A DNA stretch of 43,501 nucleotides from Clostridia bacterium (GTDB lineage: Bacteria > Bacillota > Clostridia > Oscillospirales > CAG-272): positions 1-43,501 of the forward strand of contig JAFSSR010000011.1 in the NCBI GenBank assembly GCA_017450885.1, in the 5' to 3' direction. Below the pieces are notes generated by a model. The model was given only the letters and a program-made list of their open reading frames with translations. It had not been told where the DNA came from and did no database searches. Both the position numbers and the translations under genes were made by a program. The number at the start of each line of letters is the position of its first letter. The first letter of the stretch is position 1. Below, piece after piece: positions 28,068 through 36,456 of this stretch.

Positions 28068-28727
28068 TCAATCCGACGGTATGCCAGTGGCTATCACGGT
28101 AAATGCGCCGGGGGTGTCGAATTCTCCCCAGACCGTGATCTCCACCGGGAACGTGACCGGTGTGCCGCCCGGAAGATCCCAGGTGATCGGCTCGCCGCTC
28201 GTATTGGTAAAGCGATAGATCCAGCCGGGGCCGTAAGCCTCATATATGGAGCTGCCCTCCTGTACCGCCGTGCCGGACGCCGTGAAGACGCCGCCCTCGG
28301 TGTTGAGCTGGATTATCAGATCGTCCGCGCCCGGGATACCGGCCGTGGCGAATATCTCTATATATCCCTTCTGGCTGTACTGTACCGGATGGCCGATCTG
28401 CTTGACGTTTGAAAGCAGCATCTTTATCTGATACACCCCCCGGTCCGCGGAGATCATCGTCCAGTCCCCGGGGGACAAATAATGCTGACCGTCGCCGTCC
28501 GCGACCGGAGCGTGGGTGTAGTCCCCGTTCTCATCCCTGCCGTCGGCAAGAAGATAGATGCTGTCCGGCGCGAAAGCGTATTCCATACTGATCTGCGAGG
28601 CGGAATTGATCCTGGTGCGGTATCTCGCATAGGCGACGCCGCTGGTGACGACCGCCGTTATCAGCACTAACAGTACCGCGGCTGCAATTCTTATCACCGC
28701 TGTGCGGCGTGACGTCTCCTTTCCCAT
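28068..28727 (-). CDS. Small secreted protein with SipW-like signal (AYA|RY)
   Basis: Basic N-region, hydrophobic core, GVAYA|RYRT; beta-rich mature region; starts 1 nt after the upstream stop. Confidence 0.8.
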   Translation of the reverse strand: MGKETSRRTAVIRIAAAVLLVLITAVVTSGVAYARYRTRINSASQISMEYAFAPDSIYLLADGRDENGDYTHAPVADGDGQHYLSPGDWTMISADRGVYQIKMLLSNVKQIGHPVQYSQKGYIEIFATAGIPGADDLIIQLNTEGGVFTASGTAVQEGSSIYEAYGPGWIYRFTNTSGEPITWDLPGGTPVTFPVEITVWGEFDTPGAFTVIATGIPSD

Positions 28728-28728
28728 A

Positions 28729-30828
28729 TCAACCGTTTCCTTCCGTCTCCGCGGGTTCAGTCTCGGCGGGTTCAGTCTCGGCGGGGGTCGGGAGCAGGTC
28801 GTATCTCGATATGCTCTCCGGGATCACCGCAGCGCCGAAGTTGCCGCCGTAGATCGAGAACTCTCCGATCTCGTTCCAGTTGGCGACGCCAAGAGCGCCG
28901 GTATACGTACCGTCATTGATGATTATCTTTCCCTTTCCCGCGCCCTGCTTGCCGACCATTTCGACAGCGTATGAGTGCGCGCTGGAGATGGTGCTGTTGC
29001 CGTCTATCGAGATGGTGGCGTTCCAGTTGTACGCGCCTTCGAGATAGACGCCGTCGCCGGTATCGGTCCATCCGTTGCCGGTAGCCGCCGCGTTGGTATG
29101 CGGTCCCGTACCGGTCACCGTACTGTCAACAATGTTCACAGTACCGCCCTTGACCGCAATCCCGGTGATACCGGTCAGAGTACTGCGGCTGATAAGAGCA
29201 GTAGACCTCTGCTGCGGCTGGAAATATGCGGCGTAATATCCGCTGACCTCGCTGTCGAGGATAACGACATCGGTGCCCCAGCGGTTTGTTGAACCCTGCC
29301 CGCTGATACCGATGTAACCGGTACTGTTAATGCGGCTGTCCTGTATGATGAGCTGCGAGAGCGCCTCGGAGGCGTCGCCGTTGCCCATAAAGAATATGGT
29401 CGGATTTTCCGTTTCGAGGTCGCAGTGATAGATCCTCATTATCGTATCGGAGCCCGTGCCGGCATAGTCCGCGGCGTAGACCGCGGTATCGAAATCGCGG
29501 ATGTTGACGTTGCTGAGCGTCACCTCTCCGCCTATCGACGAAACGCCGATGCTGGAAACGACGCCTTCGCGTCCGCTTCCGTTGCCGTTGCCGACGATAT
29601 CGCCGTTCATAATAGTCAGTTTAGCGCCGTTTCTTGCGACTATAGCGGAATATTCGGATTCCGAGCCGGTATAGGTTATATTGTACCCGTTCAAGTTTAT
29701 GGTAGCTTCATCTCCGTTTATTACCGAAACGGGCATCGAGAGCGAAAGATCGTTCGTAAGCTCGACCACCTCTACGTTTGGATCTCTGATCGCGCTGTAG
29801 AATTCGGTATCGGTTCCGACCGGCTGCGAGCGGGACGGTATATTGACGACCGAAACGTTGAGCGTGGCGGTGATCTGGAGCGGATGCTCTGAGGACGAAA
29901 TAGAGGTATCGTACTCTATCTCCCTTTCGATCTCACCGTACGTCATAAGATAAGCCCAGACGCCGTTGCCGTTTTCGTCTACGGCGACGGGATAGTAATC
30001 GGAAGTCCCCACCGTTACGGCGTCAAGCACGTCGATAGTGCCCTCGTAGCCGTCGGCCGCGGATATCGCGGCGAGATAATCAGCCGTGCTGACGCCTCCG
30101 ACAGAGAGCAGTTTTCCGGTGTTGAGATTTCCGACAAGATCGAATACCGCGTTGTCAAAATCGTACTCGATAGGGCGCAGATACTCGTCAAGCGTAACGC
30201 CCGAGCCGTTTACAGTTCCGCGGAAGTAGTAACCCTCCACGTCGTATACCCATTCCCATTTGATCGGGACGTCGTTATAGTAATCGTCGGACATTATAAG
30301 CTGTCTGCCCGGCAGGATGTCATAGGAAAACGTATTGTCTTCCGTGCTTCCGAGATAGATGCGCGAGACGTTTTCATCATTGATCCTGCGCGAGGTATCT
30401 GCGTAGAAATATATCCTGCGGCGGAGTTCGTTTGCGCTCATAGGCGCCTTGGAGACGGTGAGATATATAGTTATACCGTCTTTAGAAGCGGCGTTGTCGA
30501 CGCTGAGCGGTATTACGCCGGATCTGCCGGGAGCGACAAGGATGGCGGCGTCCGAAACGGTGATGTTTGCGGAATCAAAGCCCCATACCTCGGTGCGGAA
30601 GACCAGCGTGCTTGCCTTGGAGACGTTGGTATACCAGGCGCTGGTCATTGCAAACAGCAGCACGACGACAGCGATAAGCGTACCTATGGCAAGGATAGCC
30701 TGACGGCGCACGAGCTTTTTTACGCGCGCGTAATCGGAGGATTCCGCTTCGGTCAGAGTCTTTCCTTGCTCCGCGTCAATCTTCTTTCCCCTCAGGATAT
30801 TCAGTTTTTCCTTCAGATGCATTAACAC
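28729..30828 (-). CDS. SipW-type secreted protein with C-terminal parallel beta-helix-like domain
   Basis: Signal ...LFAMTSA|WYTN; C-terminal repeats such as LTIMNGDI, VTLSNVNI, LIIQDSRI, VNIVDSTV, IIINDGTY; PAETE x3 tail. Start may be ATG 30822. Confidence 0.8.
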   Translation of the reverse strand: MLMHLKEKLNILRGKKIDAEQGKTLTEAESSDYARVKKLVRRQAILAIGTLIAVVVLLFAMTSAWYTNVSKASTLVFRTEVWGFDSANITVSDAAILVAPGRSGVIPLSVDNAASKDGITIYLTVSKAPMSANELRRRIYFYADTSRRINDENVSRIYLGSTEDNTFSYDILPGRQLIMSDDYYNDVPIKWEWVYDVEGYYFRGTVNGSGVTLDEYLRPIEYDFDNAVFDLVGNLNTGKLLSVGGVSTADYLAAISAADGYEGTIDVLDAVTVGTSDYYPVAVDENGNGVWAYLMTYGEIEREIEYDTSISSSEHPLQITATLNVSVVNIPSRSQPVGTDTEFYSAIRDPNVEVVELTNDLSLSMPVSVINGDEATINLNGYNITYTGSESEYSAIVARNGAKLTIMNGDIVGNGNGSGREGVVSSIGVSSIGGEVTLSNVNIRDFDTAVYAADYAGTGSDTIMRIYHCDLETENPTIFFMGNGDASEALSQLIIQDSRINSTGYIGISGQGSTNRWGTDVVILDSEVSGYYAAYFQPQQRSTALISRSTLTGITGIAVKGGTVNIVDSTVTGTGPHTNAAATGNGWTDTGDGVYLEGAYNWNATISIDGNSTISSAHSYAVEMVGKQGAGKGKIIINDGTYTGALGVANWNEIGEFSIYGGNFGAAVIPESISRYDLLPTPAETEPAETEPAETEGNG
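28744..28788 (-). repeat. 15-nt tandem repeat encoding PAETE x3
   Basis: GTCTCCGCGGGTTCA GTCTCGGCGGGTTCA GTCTCGGCGGG. Confidence 0.75.
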
Positions 30829-31561
30829 GTGAGATCAGTTCCTTCCCAAGTTCCCGTTTTAGTGACTCGTAAATTTCGTCGTAATCGCGTTTTGTAAGGG
30901 TCTTAAATCCCGGAAGCACCATATCGTCCGGGAGCTGTTCCCGCTTGGACAGCTTCTCGATGGCGTCGTCAAGCTCGCCCCTGATGTTCTTGCCCGCGTT
31001 TTGGAGGATCAGCGCGACGATTATCAAGATGGGGATGACTATGATAGCCATAAAGCCTATTTTTCCCGAAACAAAAGATAACACTTTTGTAAACACACCT
31101 TCTTTCCCAGTATACCACGTCACTTTGCCGATGAAGTTAGACTTCTGTACAAAATACGGGTCGGATGAATAGTTTGCGTCACCGCGGCTTTCAAGGTAGA
31201 GTTCACCGTTTTCGTCGTATTGGATCGACGCCACACGGTGGGTAACGATCGCCCCGTAATGGCTCGACTCCCGTGAACGAAAACATATTATATCCCCGAC
31301 CTCTATATCCTCAATATCCGCAGACTTGCAGATCAGCACCGCCCCGGTCGGGATGGTCGGCTCCATGCTTCCGGTCACTACTCGAAAAACGCTGTATCCG
31401 AAAAAGCTGGTATACCCCGTTGCAAGTGTCTGTACCATTACGATAAGACATAGAAGCACGGCTGTGACGAGTATCGTCGTGGAAACTATAACCAAACTTC
31501 GGGAGCTTTTTTTGCGATGTTTTTTATTCTTTCGCGTCTCCGCAGGTTCTTTTTCGATCAT
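30776..31561 (-). CDS. sipW: Signal peptidase I, SipW/ER-type (copy 2)
   Basis: TM, VVTGSMEPTIP (Ser), IVTHRV (His), SRGDAN..DP, second TM, cytoplasmic tail. Start overlaps the upstream stop (TAATG). Confidence 0.9.
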   Translation of the reverse strand: MIEKEPAETRKNKKHRKKSSRSLVIVSTTILVTAVLLCLIVMVQTLATGYTSFFGYSVFRVVTGSMEPTIPTGAVLICKSADIEDIEVGDIICFRSRESSHYGAIVTHRVASIQYDENGELYLESRGDANYSSDPYFVQKSNFIGKVTWYTGKEGVFTKVLSFVSGKIGFMAIIVIPILIIVALILQNAGKNIRGELDDAIEKLSKREQLPDDMVLPGFKTLTKRDYDEIYESLKRELGKELISRVNASEGKTEYPEGKED

Positions 31562-32892
31562 TATTTACTTGCTCCGGCAAGCTCAAGGTTCAGGGCGAAA
31601 TCGGTAACGGCAGAGCTGGTCGAAACGCAGTCGATATCCTGCCCCTCCAGCCATATGAACATCCTTATCCGCTGCGGTACGTTGCGTTCAAGCTCTGTAA
31701 TGACGACGTCGTCGGTCGCGCCGGAAATATCGACGTTTGCCGCAATCCTGGAAGCGGGGACCACTCCGTCCGTCGCGTTGGCGTACAGCGCTTCGGTGCT
31801 GGTAAAGAACTCGCCCGCCGTGATCAGCGAGGTGATATTCCATTGAAGATAATCGTTGTAAAAGCGGGAAGTCGCGTTTTCCGCGGTCAGTCCGCTGACG
31901 CCGCTGACCCCTGCCTGGAATATCTGGTCGATCTTGCGTTCACCGTCGACGGGAGACCATACGTTTTGGGTCTGAACTGTCAGCCGGTCGCTGATATCCG
32001 CCCTTGAGACCCTGCGCATATACCTGTCGTATGCAAGCGGCTCCGTTATTGCGTAGTCGCCCTGATCGAGCCCGGGAGCGACGTGAAGAAGTCCGTTTGG
32101 CTCGTAGATCGTGAATTTGCTTTCGTTTAACAGAATAGAGTTGTCCCCGGCGTTCTGATAGACGCCGAGCATCTTTTTGTATCTGGAATCGTAATCCCCG
32201 CTGCGGGAATAGGCGAGCATATCGCGGCTGCGCGCGGTATCCGTATTGACAAGGAAGCCGACGCGCGCGATAGACGCGATATCCCCTGTGGTACCGGAAA
32301 GCGCGAAGCCGGAGATGGTGCTGTCGTCATTCACAGCGGAAGGAAGCTCCAGAAGCGAACTGCCCTCTCCCGATTTGCGGTCCATGGAAACACGAAGCTC
32401 GTATTCAGAGCCGGGAGATACGACCCAGAAATCGAGATATACGTACTTGCCGCCCTTTTGGGAGTCGGTGACGTTGGCATATTCAAGCGTATTGTCGATG
32501 GTAAAATCGTTTTCGCCCCTGAGTTCCCCGGTAGAGCGATCGTAGGCAGGCATAAGCCAGCTTATTCCGTCGGCGGTGGAAACCGGGGTGATGCCGCAGA
32601 TCTCGCCGAGATAATCGTAGGAATCGTATCTGGAAAAGACAAGGTTGTCGCTGAACGATCCGGGATAATGCAGTGTGACCTCCTCACCGTCGACCTCGAC
32701 CGTCTCCGTGACGTCAGGCGCGAGCAGGATGGTCGTCCCTCCGGAGATCGCCACCTGAGCTCCGCTGACCGAAGGGCTTTTTGAAAGAGTGACCCAGGCG
32801 TAGGATACCGAAACGACCATTGTGACAACGATGACCAGCGTGAAGAAAGCAGCAAGGATCTTCATATAGATCTGCTTCATCCTTATATCCAT
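31561..32892 (-). CDS. SipW-type secreted fibre-subunit paralog
   Basis: Signal ...VVSVSYA|WVTLSKSPSV; YLDFWV, IARVGF, FTIYEPN, IRMFIWLEGQDIDC. Confidence 0.85.
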   Translation of the reverse strand: MDIRMKQIYMKILAAFFTLVIVVTMVVSVSYAWVTLSKSPSVSGAQVAISGGTTILLAPDVTETVEVDGEEVTLHYPGSFSDNLVFSRYDSYDYLGEICGITPVSTADGISWLMPAYDRSTGELRGENDFTIDNTLEYANVTDSQKGGKYVYLDFWVVSPGSEYELRVSMDRKSGEGSSLLELPSAVNDDSTISGFALSGTTGDIASIARVGFLVNTDTARSRDMLAYSRSGDYDSRYKKMLGVYQNAGDNSILLNESKFTIYEPNGLLHVAPGLDQGDYAITEPLAYDRYMRRVSRADISDRLTVQTQNVWSPVDGERKIDQIFQAGVSGVSGLTAENATSRFYNDYLQWNITSLITAGEFFTSTEALYANATDGVVPASRIAANVDISGATDDVVITELERNVPQRIRMFIWLEGQDIDCVSTSSAVTDFALNLELAGASK

Positions 32893-32928
32893 TTTTGATC
32901 CTCACCCGCCTTTCCTCTTAATATCCGA

Positions 32929-34776
32929 TCACCGTCTGCCGGCTTTGCGCGCAAGGCGCTCGCGGCGTCTGCGTTCGCGTTCCTCCTCGGCGCGCTGCCT
33001 CTCCTCATCCAGTCTCCGGCGAGCCTCAAGGCGGTCGGAAAGCTGTCTGGAGAAGACCGTTATCTCGGAGATAACGCCTTCAAGCGACTTTTTGTCCTCT
33101 TCTATCTGGGCGGCAAGAGCGGCAGCCTGACGCTCCTCCTCTTCCCGTTTCAGACGTTCTTCTTCCGCGAGCTTTTCGAGGCGGAGTTTTTCCTCCTCTT
33201 CCCTTGCCTTCTGATCGGCAAGCATACGCTCGCGTTTGAGCCGTTCGCGCTCCTCCTGTCTGCGCAGGCGTTCGCGTTCGGCCTCTTCTCTCTTGCGCTG
33301 TTCTTCTTCCTCTATGACGGCAGCGGCGTCGGCAAAATCGGTAAGCGCCGCTTCCTGCGCCGCCTTGACATCGTCGCGTTTAAGCTGCTGCTCGAACAGC
33401 TTGTTGTTGAAAGCGTTGACCGCCGCCATAAACAGTCCGCTCCTGCGTCTGTCTTCAAGCTCGCGCTCCATACGCTCCTGCATGATGCGTTCGCGCTCCG
33501 CTTCTTTTTCCGCGCGTATGCGTTCGCGCTCGGCGGCTTTCTCCGCGCGGATACGCTCGCGTTCCGCCGCCTTTTCGGCGCGGAGGCGCGCAGCCTCTTC
33601 CTTCTTCTGTCTCTCTCGCTCCTCGACAAGCTTGCGCCGTTCCTCCGCTTCCTGCTTGAGAAGGTCGGATTTGGTGAGTTCCTCGATCAGCACCTTGCGG
33701 ACCTCGACGTCCGGGAGATCGTAATCCTCCGTCAGCTCCTCGATGATCTGCTTTATGAATTTAGGTTTGAGAGCTCTGCGCTTTTCCTTGAGAGGCGTCG
33801 GAACCTTGCGGTCGGCCTCGTCCTGGAGATATCCCTTGAGGATAAGATAGTTGAACAGGATGTTATGATAGATATCCTCCTGCATCCTGTCGTTTATGAC
33901 CGGGCTTTGCTCGACGACCTTGACGGAATATCCTATATCATCGTATTTTCTTAAGAATTCAAACAGCTCAAGTATCTTTTTATAGTCTTTATTTTTCTTT
34001 AAGACGTTGGTCTTGTTGATCTTGCCCTTTACTCTGGGATATTTGCTGAGTTTTTTTGCGTACTCCGTGTTCATCAACACGGTGAGTATGCGATATATCT
34101 TGGAGATGCGGGCGAACACCTCCGCGTTCTTATCGTCGGTGGTCAGCGCGTCGTCGTTCTGCCTGATGTGCAGGAACAGGTCCATATGGACGTGCTCGCT
34201 TGCGCTGTCCATATCGGACTTGACCTTCAGCTTGGCGCCGAACTCCTCGCTCATCGCCTCGAGAAGAGCGTCGTGTCTGATCTTGACAAAGCGGTAGGCG
34301 TACTCCATCGTGGTAAAAACGAGACGATTCTCGTACTGACCTATGGAGTCCTCGCGATAGCGCTGCATCAGCTTTGAAGGACGGATCTTGCCGTTGTCAG
34401 GATCGTAATCCTCAACGAGACTCGCGTGCTGAGCCAGATGGCGCACCGTTTCCGGTCCCGCCTTCTTGGCGTTTGCCACGTTGACGATCAGCTCTTCTTC
34501 CTTAATGACGTTTCTCGGGTTGTCGACTATGTTCTGGAAGGCTTTGAGCGTCTCGTCGATGCCGTCGACCCAGTTGAGGTCGACGATCTTTTGCAGCTTC
34601 CTGTTGGAAAACTGGAACTCGTTGTTCGCCTTGGAAATGGCGTCCATAAAGAACTCGTAGAAATCGGTGCTTCCGATGGCGCGAACGACGCCTTTCACGA
34701 ATTTCTGATATATTGGGTCGATAAGAGAGTTCTGTTCCTCTCCGTCCTGCGCTGTTTTAAGGTCCTTGTCAGCCAT
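32929..34776 (-). CDS. DUF2357 (McrC-like N-terminal domain) protein with long E/R/K-rich helical C-terminus, no recognisable nuclease
   Basis: NPR..I.EEE.IV....AKK...ETVRHLAQH, P.K, YENRLV, N.DYKK..EL..FL; last ~250 aa are almost entirely E/R/K/A/L. Confidence 0.75.
   Translation of the reverse strand: MADKDLKTAQDGEEQNSLIDPIYQKFVKGVVRAIGSTDFYEFFMDAISKANNEFQFSNRKLQKIVDLNWVDGIDETLKAFQNIVDNPRNVIKEEELIVNVANAKKAGPETVRHLAQHASLVEDYDPDNGKIRPSKLMQRYREDSIGQYENRLVFTTMEYAYRFVKIRHDALLEAMSEEFGAKLKVKSDMDSASEHVHMDLFLHIRQNDDALTTDDKNAEVFARISKIYRILTVLMNTEYAKKLSKYPRVKGKINKTNVLKKNKDYKKILELFEFLRKYDDIGYSVKVVEQSPVINDRMQEDIYHNILFNYLILKGYLQDEADRKVPTPLKEKRRALKPKFIKQIIEELTEDYDLPDVEVRKVLIEELTKSDLLKQEAEERRKLVEERERQKKEEAARLRAEKAAERERIRAEKAAERERIRAEKEAERERIMQERMERELEDRRRSGLFMAAVNAFNNKLFEQQLKRDDVKAAQEAALTDFADAAAVIEEEEQRKREEAERERLRRQEERERLKRERMLADQKAREEEEKLRLEKLAEEERLKREEEERQAAALAAQIEEDKKSLEGVISEITVFSRQLSDRLEARRRLDEERQRAEEERERRRRERLARKAGRR
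33481..33590 (-). repeat. 33-nt coding repeat (11-aa ERERIRAEKAA x3)
   Basis: Protein RLRAEKAAERERIRAEKAAERERIRAEKEAERERIM. Confidence 0.75.
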
Positions 34777-34824
34777 CTTTTCACCTCCCGTACGCGTTCG
34801 TTACGGATCCTGTAGTATACTTCA

Positions 34825-36420
34825 TCAGTTGTTCTTCTTCAGCAGATCGACATATTCCTTGCATATCGGCATCATATTCTTGCCGAAGGTCTTGTCGAGA
34901 TATGCGTTGAATTTCGTGAGCTCGTCTTTCATAAAGCCCAAGCTCAACGACTCGAACTTACGGAGCACCTTCTTCGCCACGATAAAGTCGATTGCCTGTA
35001 TCTCGGTACCTCCGCAGGCGATAAAGCAGGGAACGAAGTCCTTGAGCTGCTTCATGATACGGTTACCGAAAGCAAGGCGGAAGTTCTTTATCAGATACTT
35101 GTTCATATCTTCAAGGAGATCAAGCATCTCGGCGGAAACGGGGAAATCCTTCTTTGCCTGCGCAAAGAGCTCCTCAAGGTGATCCGTGGTGATATGCACC
35201 GGATCGGTAAGCTCGCAGGTAAAGGCGTCGGCGCGGCTGTCGAGGTCGATCGGGATCGCGCGGTCGTAGACCTTGTCCGCGACGGCAAATGTGGAGTCGT
35301 CGTTGTTTATCGTACCGACGAACCAGATGTTGTCGCTTATCTGGATAGTACCGTTGTTTATAAGCGCGGGGTCGTTGTCCCAGGTAGCGGTGACTATGTC
35401 GATCTTCCACTCCTCTTTACGCGGCATTTCGAGTATGGACAGCATTTCCGCGAAGTAGTACTCGACACGCGCGATGTTCATCTCGTCGAGAATGACAAAG
35501 TGCGGGTCGCGGTAGAAGTTGCCCTCGTAGATGGCGCGTAGGAAGTCGGTCTCCATATACTTCCTGGTAAACTCGTTGTAGTAGCCGTAAAGCTCGGTAC
35601 GTTCACGCCAGGACGGCTGGACCGAGCAAAGCGTGGTGTCTATGCCGACGAACCGTCCGAAGGCGTACGCAAGCGAGGTCTTACCGGTACCGGATATACC
35701 CTGAAGTATCAGTATGCGCGCCGCGCCCATCGAGGCGACGTAATAGCGCATCATATCGATATCGTAATAGAGCTTGAGTTGTGAAGCCGCGTACTTTCTG
35801 AATCTCTCGCAGAACTCGGAAAGCGTGATCTCGTTGTCGTAGACCGGCGGCTGATATTCCGTCTTGTAGTAGTTGTCGACGGTGGTCAGGCGGAAGAAAC
35901 GGCTGTCCTCCGGATTGACGCAGGGAGACTGCATCGTATTGCGGTTGGCGTTGGGGACAAAGCTGTCGCCTTCTTCCTCTCCGTCCTCCCCTTCGTTCTC
36001 CGAACCGTCCTTGAGCTCGTCCTCAAGCTGGTCCTGAGGGATGCCCAGCTCGGCGACCTTCATCTGAAGGAGCTTGTCTTTTTCGTAGTTGGCGCGGAGC
36101 AGATCGCGCTGCAAATTCTTGACCTGCTTTGCCAGCTCGTCGTATTTCTTTACCGAAACACGGAACCGAAGCAGCTTTTTAAGCAGCTTGAAGACAAGCC
36201 AAATGACCACGAGAGCGACTGCTATCAGCACGACCTCGGTGATGATGAGGAACACCCACTCGAGAGTTGAAAAGTCGGGGGCGTACTCGCGGATGAGGTT
36301 AAGTCTCTCCGGGAAGTTGAACAGCATCTTGAAAAAGTTGAAAATACCTACGAAGATATTCCAGAATGCCTTTCCAAGCTCGCCGAGATCAGCCGCGAGA
36401 TATTTCAAAAAGTTACCCAT
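34825..36420 (-). CDS. McrB-like AAA+ NTPase with N-terminal membrane anchor and coiled coil
   Basis: Walker A GISGTGKTS, VQPSW....L.GYYN, Walker B ILDEMNIARVEYYFA, GTINNDDST, DKVYDRA, FGNRI. N-terminal TM (WVFLIITEVVLIAVALVVIWLVF). Confidence 0.88.
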   Translation of the reverse strand: MGNFLKYLAADLGELGKAFWNIFVGIFNFFKMLFNFPERLNLIREYAPDFSTLEWVFLIITEVVLIAVALVVIWLVFKLLKKLLRFRVSVKKYDELAKQVKNLQRDLLRANYEKDKLLQMKVAELGIPQDQLEDELKDGSENEGEDGEEEGDSFVPNANRNTMQSPCVNPEDSRFFRLTTVDNYYKTEYQPPVYDNEITLSEFCERFRKYAASQLKLYYDIDMMRYYVASMGAARILILQGISGTGKTSLAYAFGRFVGIDTTLCSVQPSWRERTELYGYYNEFTRKYMETDFLRAIYEGNFYRDPHFVILDEMNIARVEYYFAEMLSILEMPRKEEWKIDIVTATWDNDPALINNGTIQISDNIWFVGTINNDDSTFAVADKVYDRAIPIDLDSRADAFTCELTDPVHITTDHLEELFAQAKKDFPVSAEMLDLLEDMNKYLIKNFRLAFGNRIMKQLKDFVPCFIACGGTEIQAIDFIVAKKVLRKFESLSLGFMKDELTKFNAYLDKTFGKNMMPICKEYVDLLKKNN

Positions 36421-36456
36421 AGTTACCTCGGTGACGCCGCTTTGCGCGGCGGAATG

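Noticed and set aside
32929-36420. Active McrBC type IV restriction system
   Set aside because: No DNA-reader domain (TM instead), no visible PD-(D/E)xK nuclease, and embedded among secretion genes rather than in a defence island.
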